NCBI GenBank assembly: GCA_045634285.1
Contig: JAZQZW010000029.1
Location: 1 to 46,166 of the forward strand
Direction: 5' to 3'
From: Oscillospiraceae bacterium
GTDB taxonomy: Bacteria > Bacillota > Clostridia > Oscillospirales > Ruminococcaceae
Length of the DNA stretch: 46,166 nucleotides
Shown: piece after piece, positions 1 through 9,445 of the stretch
How positions within the stretch are numbered: position 1 is the stretch's first letter
Layout of the letters: every line of letters begins with the position of its first letter
Made by a program: the position numbers and the translations under genes
The notes under the pieces: model-generated
What the model was told of the DNA's origin: nothing
Databases searched by the model: none
The model's input: the letters and a program-made list of their open reading frames with translations, nothing else

Positions 1-751
1 AGCGTGTTGTCGGATTTGTCATTGATGAATAGAATATGGATTTTACACCGCTTTTTTTTAGCTGAAGATTGATTTCGGCAAAGCTTTTTTCTGCTTCAGC
101 TTCGTGAGAAAAAGCCTTGACTATTTTCTGTCCGCCCACCATTTCTTCGGTAAGGCTGCTCATTTTACCTCTCCAGTAGCTTTGCTTTTCAAAAGAGTCG
201 TGACTTTGTTTTGTAATAATTGCTGCTGTAAACAATGAAATCGGAGTTAATATTACAACAATAAGTGCGATTTTTACATTGATTGTAAGCATAAAAACAA
301 GTGTTCCGACTATTGTTACTATTCCGCTGAAAAGCTGTGTAAACCCTTGAATAAGACCGTCTGATACCGTTTCAATGTCATTTACCGCACGGCCTATAAG
401 TTCACCTCTTGAGCTGCCGTCAATAAATTTAAGAGGAACTTTTCCGATTTTTTCAAAGTAATCTACTCTTATATCCTTAATGGTATTGTACGAAAGCTTA
501 TTTGTAGCAAGGGAAGTAAGCCATTGAAACAATGTACTTACAAGTATAACGGCAATAAGCCCGATGCAGATTTTTGCAAGGGAAGAAAATTCAACATTTC
601 CTTTGCCTATAATATTATCTACACCTTTGCCCACAATTACAGGTACAAACAGGGAAAGGGATACTCCCACAAGTGCAGACAGTATTGCCGTTACAAGAGA
701 AAGCTTGTAGGGTTTTGTGTATTTTAAAATTCTTCCAAGTATTTTAAACAT
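1..751 (-). CDS. ABC exporter permease/ATP-binding subunit, N-terminal part (runs off the left edge); second subunit of a heterodimer
   Basis: Not in the ORF track. ATG at 751 with GGAG RBS at 758-761. My translation MFKILGRILKYTKPYKLSLVTAILSALVGVSLSLFVPVIVGKGVDNII...RGELIGRAVNDIETVSDGLIQGFTQLFSG...GGQKIVKAF is a typical ABC transmembrane domain. It lies directly downstream of the 764-2473 ABC gene. Confidence 0.9.
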   Translation of the reverse strand, partial: MFKILGRILKYTKPYKLSLVTAILSALVGVSLSLFVPVIVGKGVDNIIGKGNVEFSSLAKICIGLIAVILVSTLFQWLTSLATNKLSYNTIKDIRVDYFEKIGKVPLKFIDGSSRGELIGRAVNDIETVSDGLIQGFTQLFSGIVTIVGTLVFMLTINVKIALIVVILTPISLFTAAIITKQSHDSFEKQSYWRGKMSSLTEEMVGGQKIVKAFSHEAEAEKSFAEINLQLKKSGVKSIFYSSMTNPTTR

Positions 752-763
752 AATAATCTCCGT

Positions 764-2473
764 TTAACTTATCTGTGAATTGTAAATTTCGATATATTCT
801 TCGCAGCTTTCGACAAGCTGTGAATGGCTGCCGTATCCAACAGGAGCTCCATCATCAAGAACAAGAATAGAGTCAGCATTTTTAAGGGTTGACGCTCTTT
901 GTGATACCATTATAACTGTACTTTCCGAAAGCTCTGCGGCTATTGCTTTTCTGAGATTCAGGTCGGTCGCGTAGTCAAGTGCACTCATACTGTCATCAAA
1001 AATAATTATCTGAGGATTTGATACAAGCGCTCTTGCTATGGTAATTCTCTGACGCTGTCCGCCTGAAAGATTTTTACCACCCTGCGAAACGTGGGTGTTT
1101 ATTCCATCAGGGAGCTGAGATACAAAGTCCCATGCCTGAGCAATTTTCAGGGCTTTGATAATTTCATCGTCAGTAGCATCAGGCTTTGCCCATCTTAGAT
1201 TTTCAGCGATTGTACCCGTAAACAAAACTGCCTTCTGAGGTACTGTACCGATACTGTCACGAAGTTTTTTAAGTGGGTAGTTTTTTATGTCATTACCGAA
1301 AATTTCAAGCTTACCGCCTGTGACATCATAAAATCTCGGAATAAGATTTGCAAGAGTTGATTTGCCCGAACCTGTACCGCCGATAATACCAAGTGTTTGT
1401 CCCTTTTTAAGAGTAAACGAAATACTTTCAAGGGAATTTTCATTTGAATCCGGATATGAGAAAGAAACATTGTCAAATCTGATTGCAGGAGCAGAGAAGT
1501 CAAATTCAGCATTTCCGTTTTCTGTAACTGTTGGCTGAGTGTCAAAAATTTCATTTATTCTTGCAGCAGAAGAAGAAGCCTTGCTGAAAATTGCGATAAG
1601 GTTTGCAAGTACGATAAGTACAAGAAGAATCTGCGTCATGTAGTTTACAAATGCTGTGATTTCACCCTGAGTCATAAATCCGGATTCAACACGAAATCCA
1701 CCAAACCATATGATAGTAACAATGCCAAGATTCATAATCATAAATGTAACAGGATTTAAAATTGCGGAAACACGTCCTGCCGTAATGCAGTCAGAAGCAA
1801 GATTTTTACTTTCGGTTTTAAGCTCCTGAGTTTCCTTATCCTGCTTTGCAAAGGCTCTGATAACTCTTACACCGTCAAGATTTTCTCTTGTAAGCAGTGA
1901 TATTTTATCAAGACCCTTCTGAATTTTCTTGTACATCGGAAGCGTCAGTTTTTTCACCCATACAATTATAACAGTAATTACAGCAGCTGCCGAAAGAAGA
2001 ATAAGCGAAAGCTTTAAATCAATAAGCATTGACATTACGGCAGCACCGATTATAAGAAACGGAGCTCTTACAGCAAGTCTTATGAACATATTGACACCAT
2101 TCTGGGCAAGCATTGTATCGTTTGTTATTCGTGTTATGATTGATGATGTACCGAATTTGTCTATTTCAGCATGTGAAAATTTGTTTACATGCCCGTACAG
2201 GTCATCTCTCAGCTCTGTGCCGAAGCCGTAGGCACATTTTGCCGCAAAATACTGGCAGGTCAGGGCAAATCCAAGACCGCATATTCCAAGTATTATTATA
2301 ACTCCGCACATTTTGAGGATATATTCCTTGTCGTTGTTTCTGATACCGACATCAATTATTTTTGCCATTACAAGCGGAACTATAAGCTCGAATATTGCTT
2401 CGAGAAGTTTGAAAAAAGGGCCGAGTACAAGCTCTTTTTTATAGTTTTTAAGATATTTCCTGAGTCGAAACAT
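764..2473 (-). CDS. ABC exporter permease/ATP-binding subunit (multidrug heterodimer type)
   Basis: Transmembrane domain plus NBD: Walker A GGTGSGKST, signature LSGGQRQR, Walker B IIIFDD (D for the catalytic E) and SQR (Q for the switch H), as in the non-canonical subunit of TM287/288-like exporters. Start reassigned to ATG 2473 (MFRLRKY), which has a GGAG RBS. Confidence 0.92.
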   Translation of the reverse strand: MFRLRKYLKNYKKELVLGPFFKLLEAIFELIVPLVMAKIIDVGIRNNDKEYILKMCGVIIILGICGLGFALTCQYFAAKCAYGFGTELRDDLYGHVNKFSHAEIDKFGTSSIITRITNDTMLAQNGVNMFIRLAVRAPFLIIGAAVMSMLIDLKLSLILLSAAAVITVIIVWVKKLTLPMYKKIQKGLDKISLLTRENLDGVRVIRAFAKQDKETQELKTESKNLASDCITAGRVSAILNPVTFMIMNLGIVTIIWFGGFRVESGFMTQGEITAFVNYMTQILLVLIVLANLIAIFSKASSSAARINEIFDTQPTVTENGNAEFDFSAPAIRFDNVSFSYPDSNENSLESISFTLKKGQTLGIIGGTGSGKSTLANLIPRFYDVTGGKLEIFGNDIKNYPLKKLRDSIGTVPQKAVLFTGTIAENLRWAKPDATDDEIIKALKIAQAWDFVSQLPDGINTHVSQGGKNLSGGQRQRITIARALVSNPQIIIFDDSMSALDYATDLNLRKAIAAELSESTVIMVSQRASTLKNADSILVLDDGAPVGYGSHSQLVESCEEYIEIYNSQIS

Positions 2474-2506
2474 AATTTTTCTCCATTCACAATTATTAAC
2501 CTTATT

Positions 2507-2535
2507 ATTATACACTATATCAGAAAAAATTTCAA
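2507..2535 (-). promoter_or_regulatory. Sigma-A promoter for the ABC exporter pair
   Basis: Minus strand TTGAAA-17 nt-TATAAT. Confidence 0.65.
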
Positions 2536-2610
2536 TTTTTCCTTTAAAAAAATAGCAATAAAAGAATATCTGAGAAATATCTGTCCAAACTAAAAACGGA
2601 GGTGTTAAAC

Positions 2611-3351
2611 GTGAAAAGAAATTCAAAATCAGTTTTAAACGGAAAAGGCTTTTATGTTGCTCTTACCCTGAGTATTGCTATGGTTGGTGCGGCATGTTAC
2701 TTTGCTTATACACAGACTTCCGACGATTATACAGCACAGGTTGAGTCGGGATTTGGTGTTGCCCAGTCTTCACAGGAGCAGGAAGCGGCAAAAATACAGA
2801 CCGATGTCACAAAGCTTACAACAAGGGCTGAAAGTAAACTGACAAAGCCGACAGAGATTACACAGACAAGCCGTACAGAAGCAACTCAGACTATGGAAGA
2901 AATCACAGAACAATCCAATGAGGCTGAGCAGACTGTAAAACAGGAAGAATTTACATTATCAATGCCTGTTGAGGGCGAAATTATCGGTGAATTCAGCAAC
3001 GGCGAGCTTGTGAAGTCAGCAACAACAGGTGCGTGGCAGACACATAACGGAATTGACATAAACGCTTCTGAGGGTGACGTTGTAATTGCAGCTGCTTCGG
3101 GAACTGTTTCTGCTGTTGAAAATAACGCACTCTGGGGCGTTACCGTATCAATCGACCATGGAAACGGTATTATTACACGCTACTGCAGTCTTAATTCGGG
3201 CGTGACTGTTCAGGCAGGTCAGGAAGTAAGTGCAGGCGAGGAAATCGGTGCGGTAGGAAAGACAGCGGATATCGAAAGCAAACAGGATACACATCTTCAT
3301 TTTGAGGTTGTGAAAAACGGCTCTTATACAAATCCGGCAGACTATATGTAA
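2611..3351 (+). CDS. Membrane-anchored M23/LytM peptidase, probable clostridial SpoIIQ-like protein
   Basis: N-terminal TM helix (GFYVALTLSIAMVGAACYFAY), T/E/Q-rich linker, M23 domain with HNGID and HLH zinc motifs. GTG start at 2611 after GGAGGTG. Confidence 0.8.
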   Translation: MKRNSKSVLNGKGFYVALTLSIAMVGAACYFAYTQTSDDYTAQVESGFGVAQSSQEQEAAKIQTDVTKLTTRAESKLTKPTEITQTSRTEATQTMEEITEQSNEAEQTVKQEEFTLSMPVEGEIIGEFSNGELVKSATTGAWQTHNGIDINASEGDVVIAAASGTVSAVENNALWGVTVSIDHGNGIITRYCSLNSGVTVQAGQEVSAGEEIGAVGKTADIESKQDTHLHFEVVKNGSYTNPADYM

Positions 3352-3363
3352 ATGGTAAAAATT

Positions 3364-3390
3364 AACGCAGTCCATTGGACTGCGTTTTGT
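3364..3390. terminator. Intrinsic terminator between the convergent M23 and dockerin genes
   Basis: AACGCAGTCC-ATT-GGACTGCGTT followed by TTGTTTG. Confidence 0.75.
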
Positions 3391-3411
3391 TTGTTAAAGT
3401 TTTAAGGTTTA

Positions 3412-4515
3412 TTATACCGCACTTTCAAATGAACCGAGTGTCATTTCGATAAGGATATTTGTGTCCAGGGAATCAATCTTGCCGTCCTGATTTATATCGG
3501 CATTTGCAAGTGCTGTAGCGTCTGTGATAGGGTAAAGCTCAGGGCTTGCTGTATACTTTGTAAGGAAAACGATATCTGACATGCCCTGCTTGTCGTCAAG
3601 GTCGAGGTCGCCTGCTATTGTTGGGAATGATGTAACAATTTCTTTAAGCGCATTTTCTCCAAACATAGTGGTTGGCAGGGTTTCAAGTTGACCAATTGAA
3701 CATATATTTATTGAAGTTGCTTCATAAATATCAGCTGCAAGTGAAAACTGCTTGGCAAGGTCTGCTTCTTCTTCAAATTCAAATTTATAGGCACCATTAT
3801 CATTCTTTACCATTTTACATGCTATATTATTTTCTTTGAAATAATTTTCAATCACTTCAATATCAGCATTCTTAGGATAAAGAATATCGTCTATATGCAT
3901 ATAAGAAGAAACTTCATATACTTCACCAAAATCATAGTATGCAGTAATAAGATTTTCTTCATTGAGCTTATTGATAAAATCTTCAACATATAGCTTTGCT
4001 TCTTCTATTCTTTTATCATTTTCATTTGGCAAAGGAATAATCGTAAAACTTGTAGAATACACTATTTTTCCATCAATTGTTTTTGAACCAATAGAACGAT
4101 AATAATAATCAGGCTGTTTCATTTCATTGGCAGAAACAGGATAAGGTGAATTTTCAGGATAAAGAGCGTAGCATTCTTCAAAAAGTTCACGAATACGTTT
4201 GTCTGCTTCTCCAACATCAACATTATCATTGAGAACAAAGCTAAATCCATTATAATTCGGAACAGCTAATTTTAAACCTTGCATCGCAGTACCATTGACT
4301 AACAAAATTTTATATCCTTCACGCTCATAGTAATCATCATTTTGCATCATACCCTTATCATCAAGAATATAATACTGCGCATCTTCAATAAGGTGTGCGC
4401 CGGATATAGTAGGTATTGTTTCGTCTAAGGTAGTTGCTGAAACAGACAGAATATTTACTGTTAAAGCCGCAACAGCTGATATACATGCCATGACATTCTT
4501 TAATGTTTTTTTCAT
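3412..4515 (-). CDS. Secreted protein with C-terminal dockerin domain; N-terminal domain unknown
   Basis: Signal peptide (MKKTLKNVMACISAVAALTVNILSVSA). Two Ca-binding loop-helix repeats at the C-terminus: GDLDLDDKQGMSDIVFL and ADINQDGKIDSLDTNIL. Confidence 0.85.
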   Translation of the reverse strand: MKKTLKNVMACISAVAALTVNILSVSATTLDETIPTISGAHLIEDAQYYILDDKGMMQNDDYYEREGYKILLVNGTAMQGLKLAVPNYNGFSFVLNDNVDVGEADKRIRELFEECYALYPENSPYPVSANEMKQPDYYYRSIGSKTIDGKIVYSTSFTIIPLPNENDKRIEEAKLYVEDFINKLNEENLITAYYDFGEVYEVSSYMHIDDILYPKNADIEVIENYFKENNIACKMVKNDNGAYKFEFEEEADLAKQFSLAADIYEATSINICSIGQLETLPTTMFGENALKEIVTSFPTIAGDLDLDDKQGMSDIVFLTKYTASPELYPITDATALANADINQDGKIDSLDTNILIEMTLGSFESAV

Positions 4516-4531
4516 AGGAATACCACCTTTC

Positions 4532-4600
4532 TTAATTTAAATTATATTCGGATAATTTCGTTTGTTCTGTACAACACCTCCATAAATATTTTATTATCAT
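4532..4600 (-). CDS. Candidate 22-aa small ORF (MIIKYLWRCCTEQTKLSEYNLN) upstream of the dockerin gene
   Basis: RBS AAAGAGGTG lies 7 nt before ATG 4600. The TAA stop abuts the RBS of the dockerin gene. No homology support. Confidence 0.3.
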   Translation of the reverse strand: MIIKYLWRCCTEQTKLSEYNLN

Positions 4601-4665
4601 GTAATATCACCTCTTTTTAAAGTAAATGGTGGAAACGGAAAATGTTCTTTTTTATGCTTCTATAA

Positions 4666-4695
4666 TATAGACGTAGAAAAGTCGGAATTATCGCA
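4666..4695 (-). promoter_or_regulatory. Possible ECF-sigma promoter for the dockerin gene
   Basis: Minus strand TGCGAT-16 nt-CGTCTATA, resembling the TGAAAC/TGCAAC-N16-CGTC promoters of Bacillus SigX/SigM/SigV. Confidence 0.35.
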
Positions 4696-4767
4696 CCAAA
4701 TCAAAAATGTTAACCATAAGTTTGTATAGATTAACAATTTCGCTGATTTTATTTGTATATATAAAAC

Positions 4768-4798
4768 AAAAAAGCGACTCTGTCAAAGAGTCGCTTTT
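4768..4798 (-). terminator. Intrinsic terminator of the ftsH operon
   Basis: AAAAGCGACTCT-GTCAA-AGAGTCGCTTTT, with a U-tract on the minus strand just after the ftsH stop. Confidence 0.85.
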
Positions 4799-4802
4799 AA
4801 TA

Positions 4803-6725
4803 TTATTCTTCAGTTGTCTGTGTTTCTGTGTTGTTTTCAGATTCAGCTGTTTCTTCAGCCTTTGGCTCATCTGAAAGAATGCTTTCGTCAATTTCACCCT
4901 TCATAAGCTTTTCAAAATCGTCACCGTCGATTTTTTCAAACTTCATAAGGTATTTTGCAAGGAAATGGAGCTGGTCAATATGGTCGGTGAGGATTTTTTC
5001 AGAAGCCTTGTAGCCTTCTTCGATAAGTCTTCTCATTTCTGCATCAATTTCAGCCGCAACCGTTTCAGAATAATTTCTGCTGCTGCTGAATTCCTTGCCG
5101 AGGAATACTTCGCTCTGGTCGTTGCCGTAAACCATAGGGCCGAGCTTTTCGCTGAAGCCATACTTTGTTACCATGTTTCGTGCGATAGCTGTTGCTCTTT
5201 CAATATCGTTTGAAGCACCTGTTGAAATATCGTCAAGGATAAGCTGTTCTGCAACACGACCACCAAGAAGTGTGATGATGTTTTCACGCATTTCAGTCTT
5301 GCTTACGTAAGACTTGTCATGCTCAGGAAGTGACATTGTAAATCCGCCTGCCATACCTCTTGGAATGATTGATACCTGATGAACCTTATCCTGTGAGTCA
5401 CAGTAGTATGTGCAGACTGCATGACCTGCTTCGTGGTATGAAGTAAGCTTCTTTTCACGTTCTGTAACAACACGTGATTTCTTTTCAGGGCCTGCCACAA
5501 CCTTGATTGTAGCTTCTTCGATATCTTCCATTGTAATAGCTTTTCTGTTTGCTCTTGCCGCAAGAAGTGAAGCTTCGTTTACAAGGTTTTCAAGGTCGGC
5601 ACCTGTAAAGCCAACTGTTGTTTTTGCGATTGTTTTAAGAACAACATCAGGAGCAAGAGGCTTGTTTCTGGTGTGTACTTTAAGGATTTCTTCTCTGCCC
5701 TTGATATCAGGGTAGCTTACAACAATCTGTCTGTCAAAACGACCAGGACGTAAAAGCGCAGGGTCCAGGATATCACGTCTGTTTGTTGCGGCAATTACGA
5801 TAACGCTTTCGTTACCTGTAAAACCGTCCATTTCAACGAGAAGCTGGTTTAATGTCTGTTCACGTTCATCATGTCCGCCGCCGAGACCTGCACCTCTGTG
5901 ACGGCCAACTGCGTCGATTTCATCAATGAATACAATTGCAGGAGCATTTTTCTTTGCCTGTTCAAAAAGGTCACGTACTCTTGAAGCACCTACACCTACG
6001 AACATTTCAACAAAGTCTGAACCTGAGATAGGGAAGAACGGACAGCCTGCCTCACCGGCAACAGCCTTTGCAAGCAAGGTTTTACCTGTACCCGGAGGGC
6101 CTAAAAGAAGTACGCCCTTAGGGATTCTTGCGCCGATTTCAGCGTATTTTTTCGGATTTTTGAGGAAGTCAACGATTTCTTCCATTTCGTGTTTTTCTTC
6201 ATCTGCCCCCGCAACATCAGCAAAGGTAACCTTTTTGCCGCTGCTCTGGTTTTTAATATTTGCCTTTGAGAATGAGGAATATTTTCCGCCACCGCCGGCC
6301 TGTTTCATCATAAAGAAGAAAAGTGCAACCGCAATACCCAGCATTAAAAGGGTAGGGATTGTGGAAATAATCCATGAATTGTCGGTTATCTTCTTGTAGT
6401 CCTGTTTAAGCGGTGCGTCAGGATGACGTTTGTTGTATTCAGTGCGATAGTCTGAATCCTCAGCGTCTGTATCAGCAAGGAAAATGTTTACATTAGGAAC
6501 TTCATAGGTTCTTGTGTAATCTTCACCTGCAAGCTTGTAATCAAGCTCACCTGTTCCTAAGTCAAGGGTATAGGATTCAACCTCGTAATTTTCAAAATGA
6601 CTGATAATCTCTGAATACGGTTCTTCCTTTCCTGAACCTGAAAGCTTCGAGATTACGAAAAAGAATGCGGCGATTATTACAGCGCCGACTATAAGATACG
6701 TCAGTATGCCTCTGTTCTTATTCAA
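4803..6725 (-). CDS. ftsH: ATP-dependent zinc metalloprotease FtsH
   Basis: Two TM helices, Walker A GPPGTGKT, Walker [27 protein letters not shown] zinc motif. Confidence 0.98.
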   Translation of the reverse strand: MNKNRGILTYLIVGAVIIAAFFFVISKLSGSGKEEPYSEIISHFENYEVESYTLDLGTGELDYKLAGEDYTRTYEVPNVNIFLADTDAEDSDYRTEYNKRHPDAPLKQDYKKITDNSWIISTIPTLLMLGIAVALFFFMMKQAGGGGKYSSFSKANIKNQSSGKKVTFADVAGADEEKHEMEEIVDFLKNPKKYAEIGARIPKGVLLLGPPGTGKTLLAKAVAGEAGCPFFPISGSDFVEMFVGVGASRVRDLFEQAKKNAPAIVFIDEIDAVGRHRGAGLGGGHDEREQTLNQLLVEMDGFTGNESVIVIAATNRRDILDPALLRPGRFDRQIVVSYPDIKGREEILKVHTRNKPLAPDVVLKTIAKTTVGFTGADLENLVNEASLLAARANRKAITMEDIEEATIKVVAGPEKKSRVVTEREKKLTSYHEAGHAVCTYYCDSQDKVHQVSIIPRGMAGGFTMSLPEHDKSYVSKTEMRENIITLLGGRVAEQLILDDISTGASNDIERATAIARNMVTKYGFSEKLGPMVYGNDQSEVFLGKEFSSSRNYSETVAAEIDAEMRRLIEEGYKASEKILTDHIDQLHFLAKYLMKFEKIDGDDFEKLMKGEIDESILSDEPKAEETAESENNTETQTTEE

Positions 6726-6798
6726 AAATAATTCAACTCCGTTTCTTTTGTTATAGTTTATGTCAAACTGCGTAATTGCAGCTTTTTACCATAGATGA

Positions 6799-8094
6799 TT
6801 AGTCTGTTTCTATGCTTACAGATAAAATATTGATTGAATTTTCGTCAGTCTTAACCCTTTCGGCAACTCCGAAATTTTCCATGAAAATAAGTCCTTCGTC
6901 ATCGCTGAGAAACTGTATAAACGGCCGTTTGTCAGCAGAAATATTTTCATTAAGCAGTTTTTTTACCGATGATGTAAAGTTTCTGCTGGAAAGCTTTATC
7001 TTATCTCCGAATCTTCGGTTTCGCAGAGTAATACTTCCCGAAACCTTATCCATGTCAATTAGATAGCTGCCGTTTGTATTTTCATAAGCTGTCAGGGTTT
7101 TATTTTCGAAAATCCGGTTTACACCTATTTTCAAAGGAACTTCAATATCGGAAGTCTGTTTTGTGGTCTTGTGAATTGAAATAGTTCCGTTTTTGCCGAT
7201 AAGAAAATTATTTTTTATTATGTTGAGCTTTCCGTCTTTTTCGCAAAGTCCATTTATCTCATTTATTTTATCATAGCTGACAGGAAATTTATTGTCGGTT
7301 AAAAACCTTGAAATAACTCTTTTGCGGATAACCGATGATAAATCCCGCATATTTACAAGTTTGTTGTTTTTCAGATGCTTTTCATACGCTTCTGATGTAA
7401 GCTTTTCAATAAAGACATTTTCTTCACGAACGGCAGATTGTCCCTTTGCAAAGCTTTTAAAAAAGCCCTCGTTAATTTCTTTCATTATAGGGATGATCTT
7501 ATGTCTTATCCTGTTTCTTGTGTAGTCATCAGACAGGTTGGTTGAGTCTGTTTTAAAGTCCTGCCCGATTTGTTTAAGATAATCCTCAACCTGTTCTCTC
7601 GTAATATCGGTAAGGGGCCTTATTATATTATCTCTTACAGGCGGAATACCGCAAAGACCTTTAATTCCAGTACCTCTTATCATGTTGAAGATTACTGTTT
7701 CGGCATTGTCGGAAAGGGTATGTGCCGTAGCAATTTTACCGTTTCCCGCACATTCCGAAAATTTTTCATACCGTACATCTCTTGCTGTTTCTTCAAGGGA
7801 TTTGCCAGAGCTTTCTGCAAGTTTTGGAACATCTATGCGGTATGTACTGATTGGTATATCAAGGCTTTTACAAAGAGAAATGCAAAAAGCTTCATCGCTG
7901 TCACTTTCGTTTCCTCTTATACAATGGTTAATATGAACGGCTGCAAGCGTAAAATTATACTCTGCTTTAAGCCTGTTTAAAATATGAAGCAGACATACGC
8001 TGTCAGCACCGCCTGACAAGGCAACCACAACCTTGTCACCTTTACTTATCATTTTATATTCAGTTATTGTTTTTTTTACTGTTTCAGTCAGCAT
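6799..8094 (-). CDS. tilS: tRNA(Ile)-lysidine synthetase
   Basis: PP-loop SGGADS, HINH, ATAHTLSDNAET, RNRIRH; located upstream of ftsH. Confidence 0.96.
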   Translation of the reverse strand: MLTETVKKTITEYKMISKGDKVVVALSGGADSVCLLHILNRLKAEYNFTLAAVHINHCIRGNESDSDEAFCISLCKSLDIPISTYRIDVPKLAESSGKSLEETARDVRYEKFSECAGNGKIATAHTLSDNAETVIFNMIRGTGIKGLCGIPPVRDNIIRPLTDITREQVEDYLKQIGQDFKTDSTNLSDDYTRNRIRHKIIPIMKEINEGFFKSFAKGQSAVREENVFIEKLTSEAYEKHLKNNKLVNMRDLSSVIRKRVISRFLTDNKFPVSYDKINEINGLCEKDGKLNIIKNNFLIGKNGTISIHKTTKQTSDIEVPLKIGVNRIFENKTLTAYENTNGSYLIDMDKVSGSITLRNRRFGDKIKLSSRNFTSSVKKLLNENISADKRPFIQFLSDDEGLIFMENFGVAERVKTDENSINILSVSIETD

Positions 8095-9444
8095 TTATTC
8101 CTCCGGTGGAGTAGATGTAAAGTCAGCATTTGAAAAACGTGTGAACTGACCATCCCATATAAGCTTTACAGGTCCTGTTTCACCATGACGGTTTTTTGCA
8201 ACAATACATTCACATACGTTTGGTTCTGTGCTTTCTTTGTTGTAGTACGCATCTCTGTAAAGGAATAAAACGATATCAGCGTCCTGTTCAATAGAACCTG
8301 AATCTCTCAGGTCAGAAAGAAGCGGACGTTTGTCAGGTCGGCTTTCAACACCACGGCTGAGCTGTGAAAGAAGAATTACGGGAACATCAAGCTCTTTTGC
8401 CAGGATTTTGAGGTTACGTGTAATTTCCTGTACTCTCAGTACCATGTTTTCTGTTTTCATGGTAGAGCCTAAAAGCTGAAGATAGTCGATTACGACAAGT
8501 CCAAGATTTTTGACACGTCGGAGCTTTGCCTTTATCTGCGGAACGTTTGTACCAGCCGTGTCATCAAGTAAAATCGGCAGATTGTAAAGTATATCCGCAC
8601 CTGATGCAAGACGCACCCAGTCGTTGTCTGAAAGATGACCGTTTCTGAGTTTGTTTGAGTCAACAAGAGCCTCTGTTGAGAGCATTCTTGTAGCAAGCTG
8701 TTCTTTGGACATTTCAAGTGAAAATACCGCAACATCCTTGCCGGAATGTCTTGCAACATTTGTCGCAATATTTAAGGCAAAGGATGTTTTACCCATACCA
8801 GGACGGGCAGCAAGGATAATAAGGTCAGATTTGTTAAGACCGGATGTTACTGTGTCAAGAAGGGTAAATCCCGATTTTGCACCGAGAAATTTTTCCTTGT
8901 CAGGACCTGAGATTTTCTGGAGTCTGTCCCAGGATTCCATAACAACATCACCGATAGGTGTAAGGCCGTCAACATCCTTGCCCTGTCTTATTTCAAATAA
9001 TTTCTGCTCGGCAGCGTCAAGAAGTGTCTGAGCCGAGCTTTGATTCAATGAAATCTCATGAAGAATTTCCCTTGCTGTAAGTGCAAGGCTTCTCATACTG
9101 TGTTTTTCAGAAACAATCTGACAGTAGCTTGTTATATTGTCTACGGAAGGTACCATATCCACCAAAGATGCAATATAGTTTCTTCCTTCGTCAGAGGTTT
9201 CAAAAATATTTCTTTTTAACGCTTCATTGAGAACTGTAACAGCATCGGCAGTCTGACTTGATGTGAACATGTCCATCATTATTCTGAAAAGTTCACGATG
9301 CTTGTCAAGATAAAAGCTTTTTAGGGTTACAAACTCAAGAATTGTAGAAATTACTGTATGGTCAATTAAAATTGCACCTAAAATAGTTTGTTCAGCTTCA
9401 AGACTGTAAGGAAGCTCCTTGTCAGCGAGTTCATTAAATTCCAT
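8095..9444 (-). CDS. dnaB: Replicative DNA helicase
   Basis: PYSLEAEQ N-terminus, AARPGMGKT, VIDYLQL, SQLSR, LRDSGSIEQDAD, KNRHG. Confidence 0.98.
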   Translation of the reverse strand: MEFNELADKELPYSLEAEQTILGAILIDHTVISTILEFVTLKSFYLDKHRELFRIMMDMFTSSQTADAVTVLNEALKRNIFETSDEGRNYIASLVDMVPSVDNITSYCQIVSEKHSMRSLALTAREILHEISLNQSSAQTLLDAAEQKLFEIRQGKDVDGLTPIGDVVMESWDRLQKISGPDKEKFLGAKSGFTLLDTVTSGLNKSDLIILAARPGMGKTSFALNIATNVARHSGKDVAVFSLEMSKEQLATRMLSTEALVDSNKLRNGHLSDNDWVRLASGADILYNLPILLDDTAGTNVPQIKAKLRRVKNLGLVVIDYLQLLGSTMKTENMVLRVQEITRNLKILAKELDVPVILLSQLSRGVESRPDKRPLLSDLRDSGSIEQDADIVLFLYRDAYYNKESTEPNVCECIVAKNRHGETGPVKLIWDGQFTRFSNADFTSTPPEE

Positions 9445-9445
9445 A

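Noticed and set aside
524-727. 67-aa plus-strand ORF
   Set aside because: Antisense to the partial ABC transporter gene that the ORF track missed.
2474-2626. N-terminal extensions in the ORF track (ABC gene, AGCS, ydbS-like, mutL, transketolase C, SPFH)
   Set aside because: Downstream starts have proper RBSs and match family N-termini; the extensions run through promoters or adjacent genes.
5926-6399. Long antisense ORFs inside ftsH and similarly in dnaB, gdpP, rnj, mutS and the SPFH gene
   Set aside because: Shadow frames of well-conserved genes, with no RBS or recognisable motifs.
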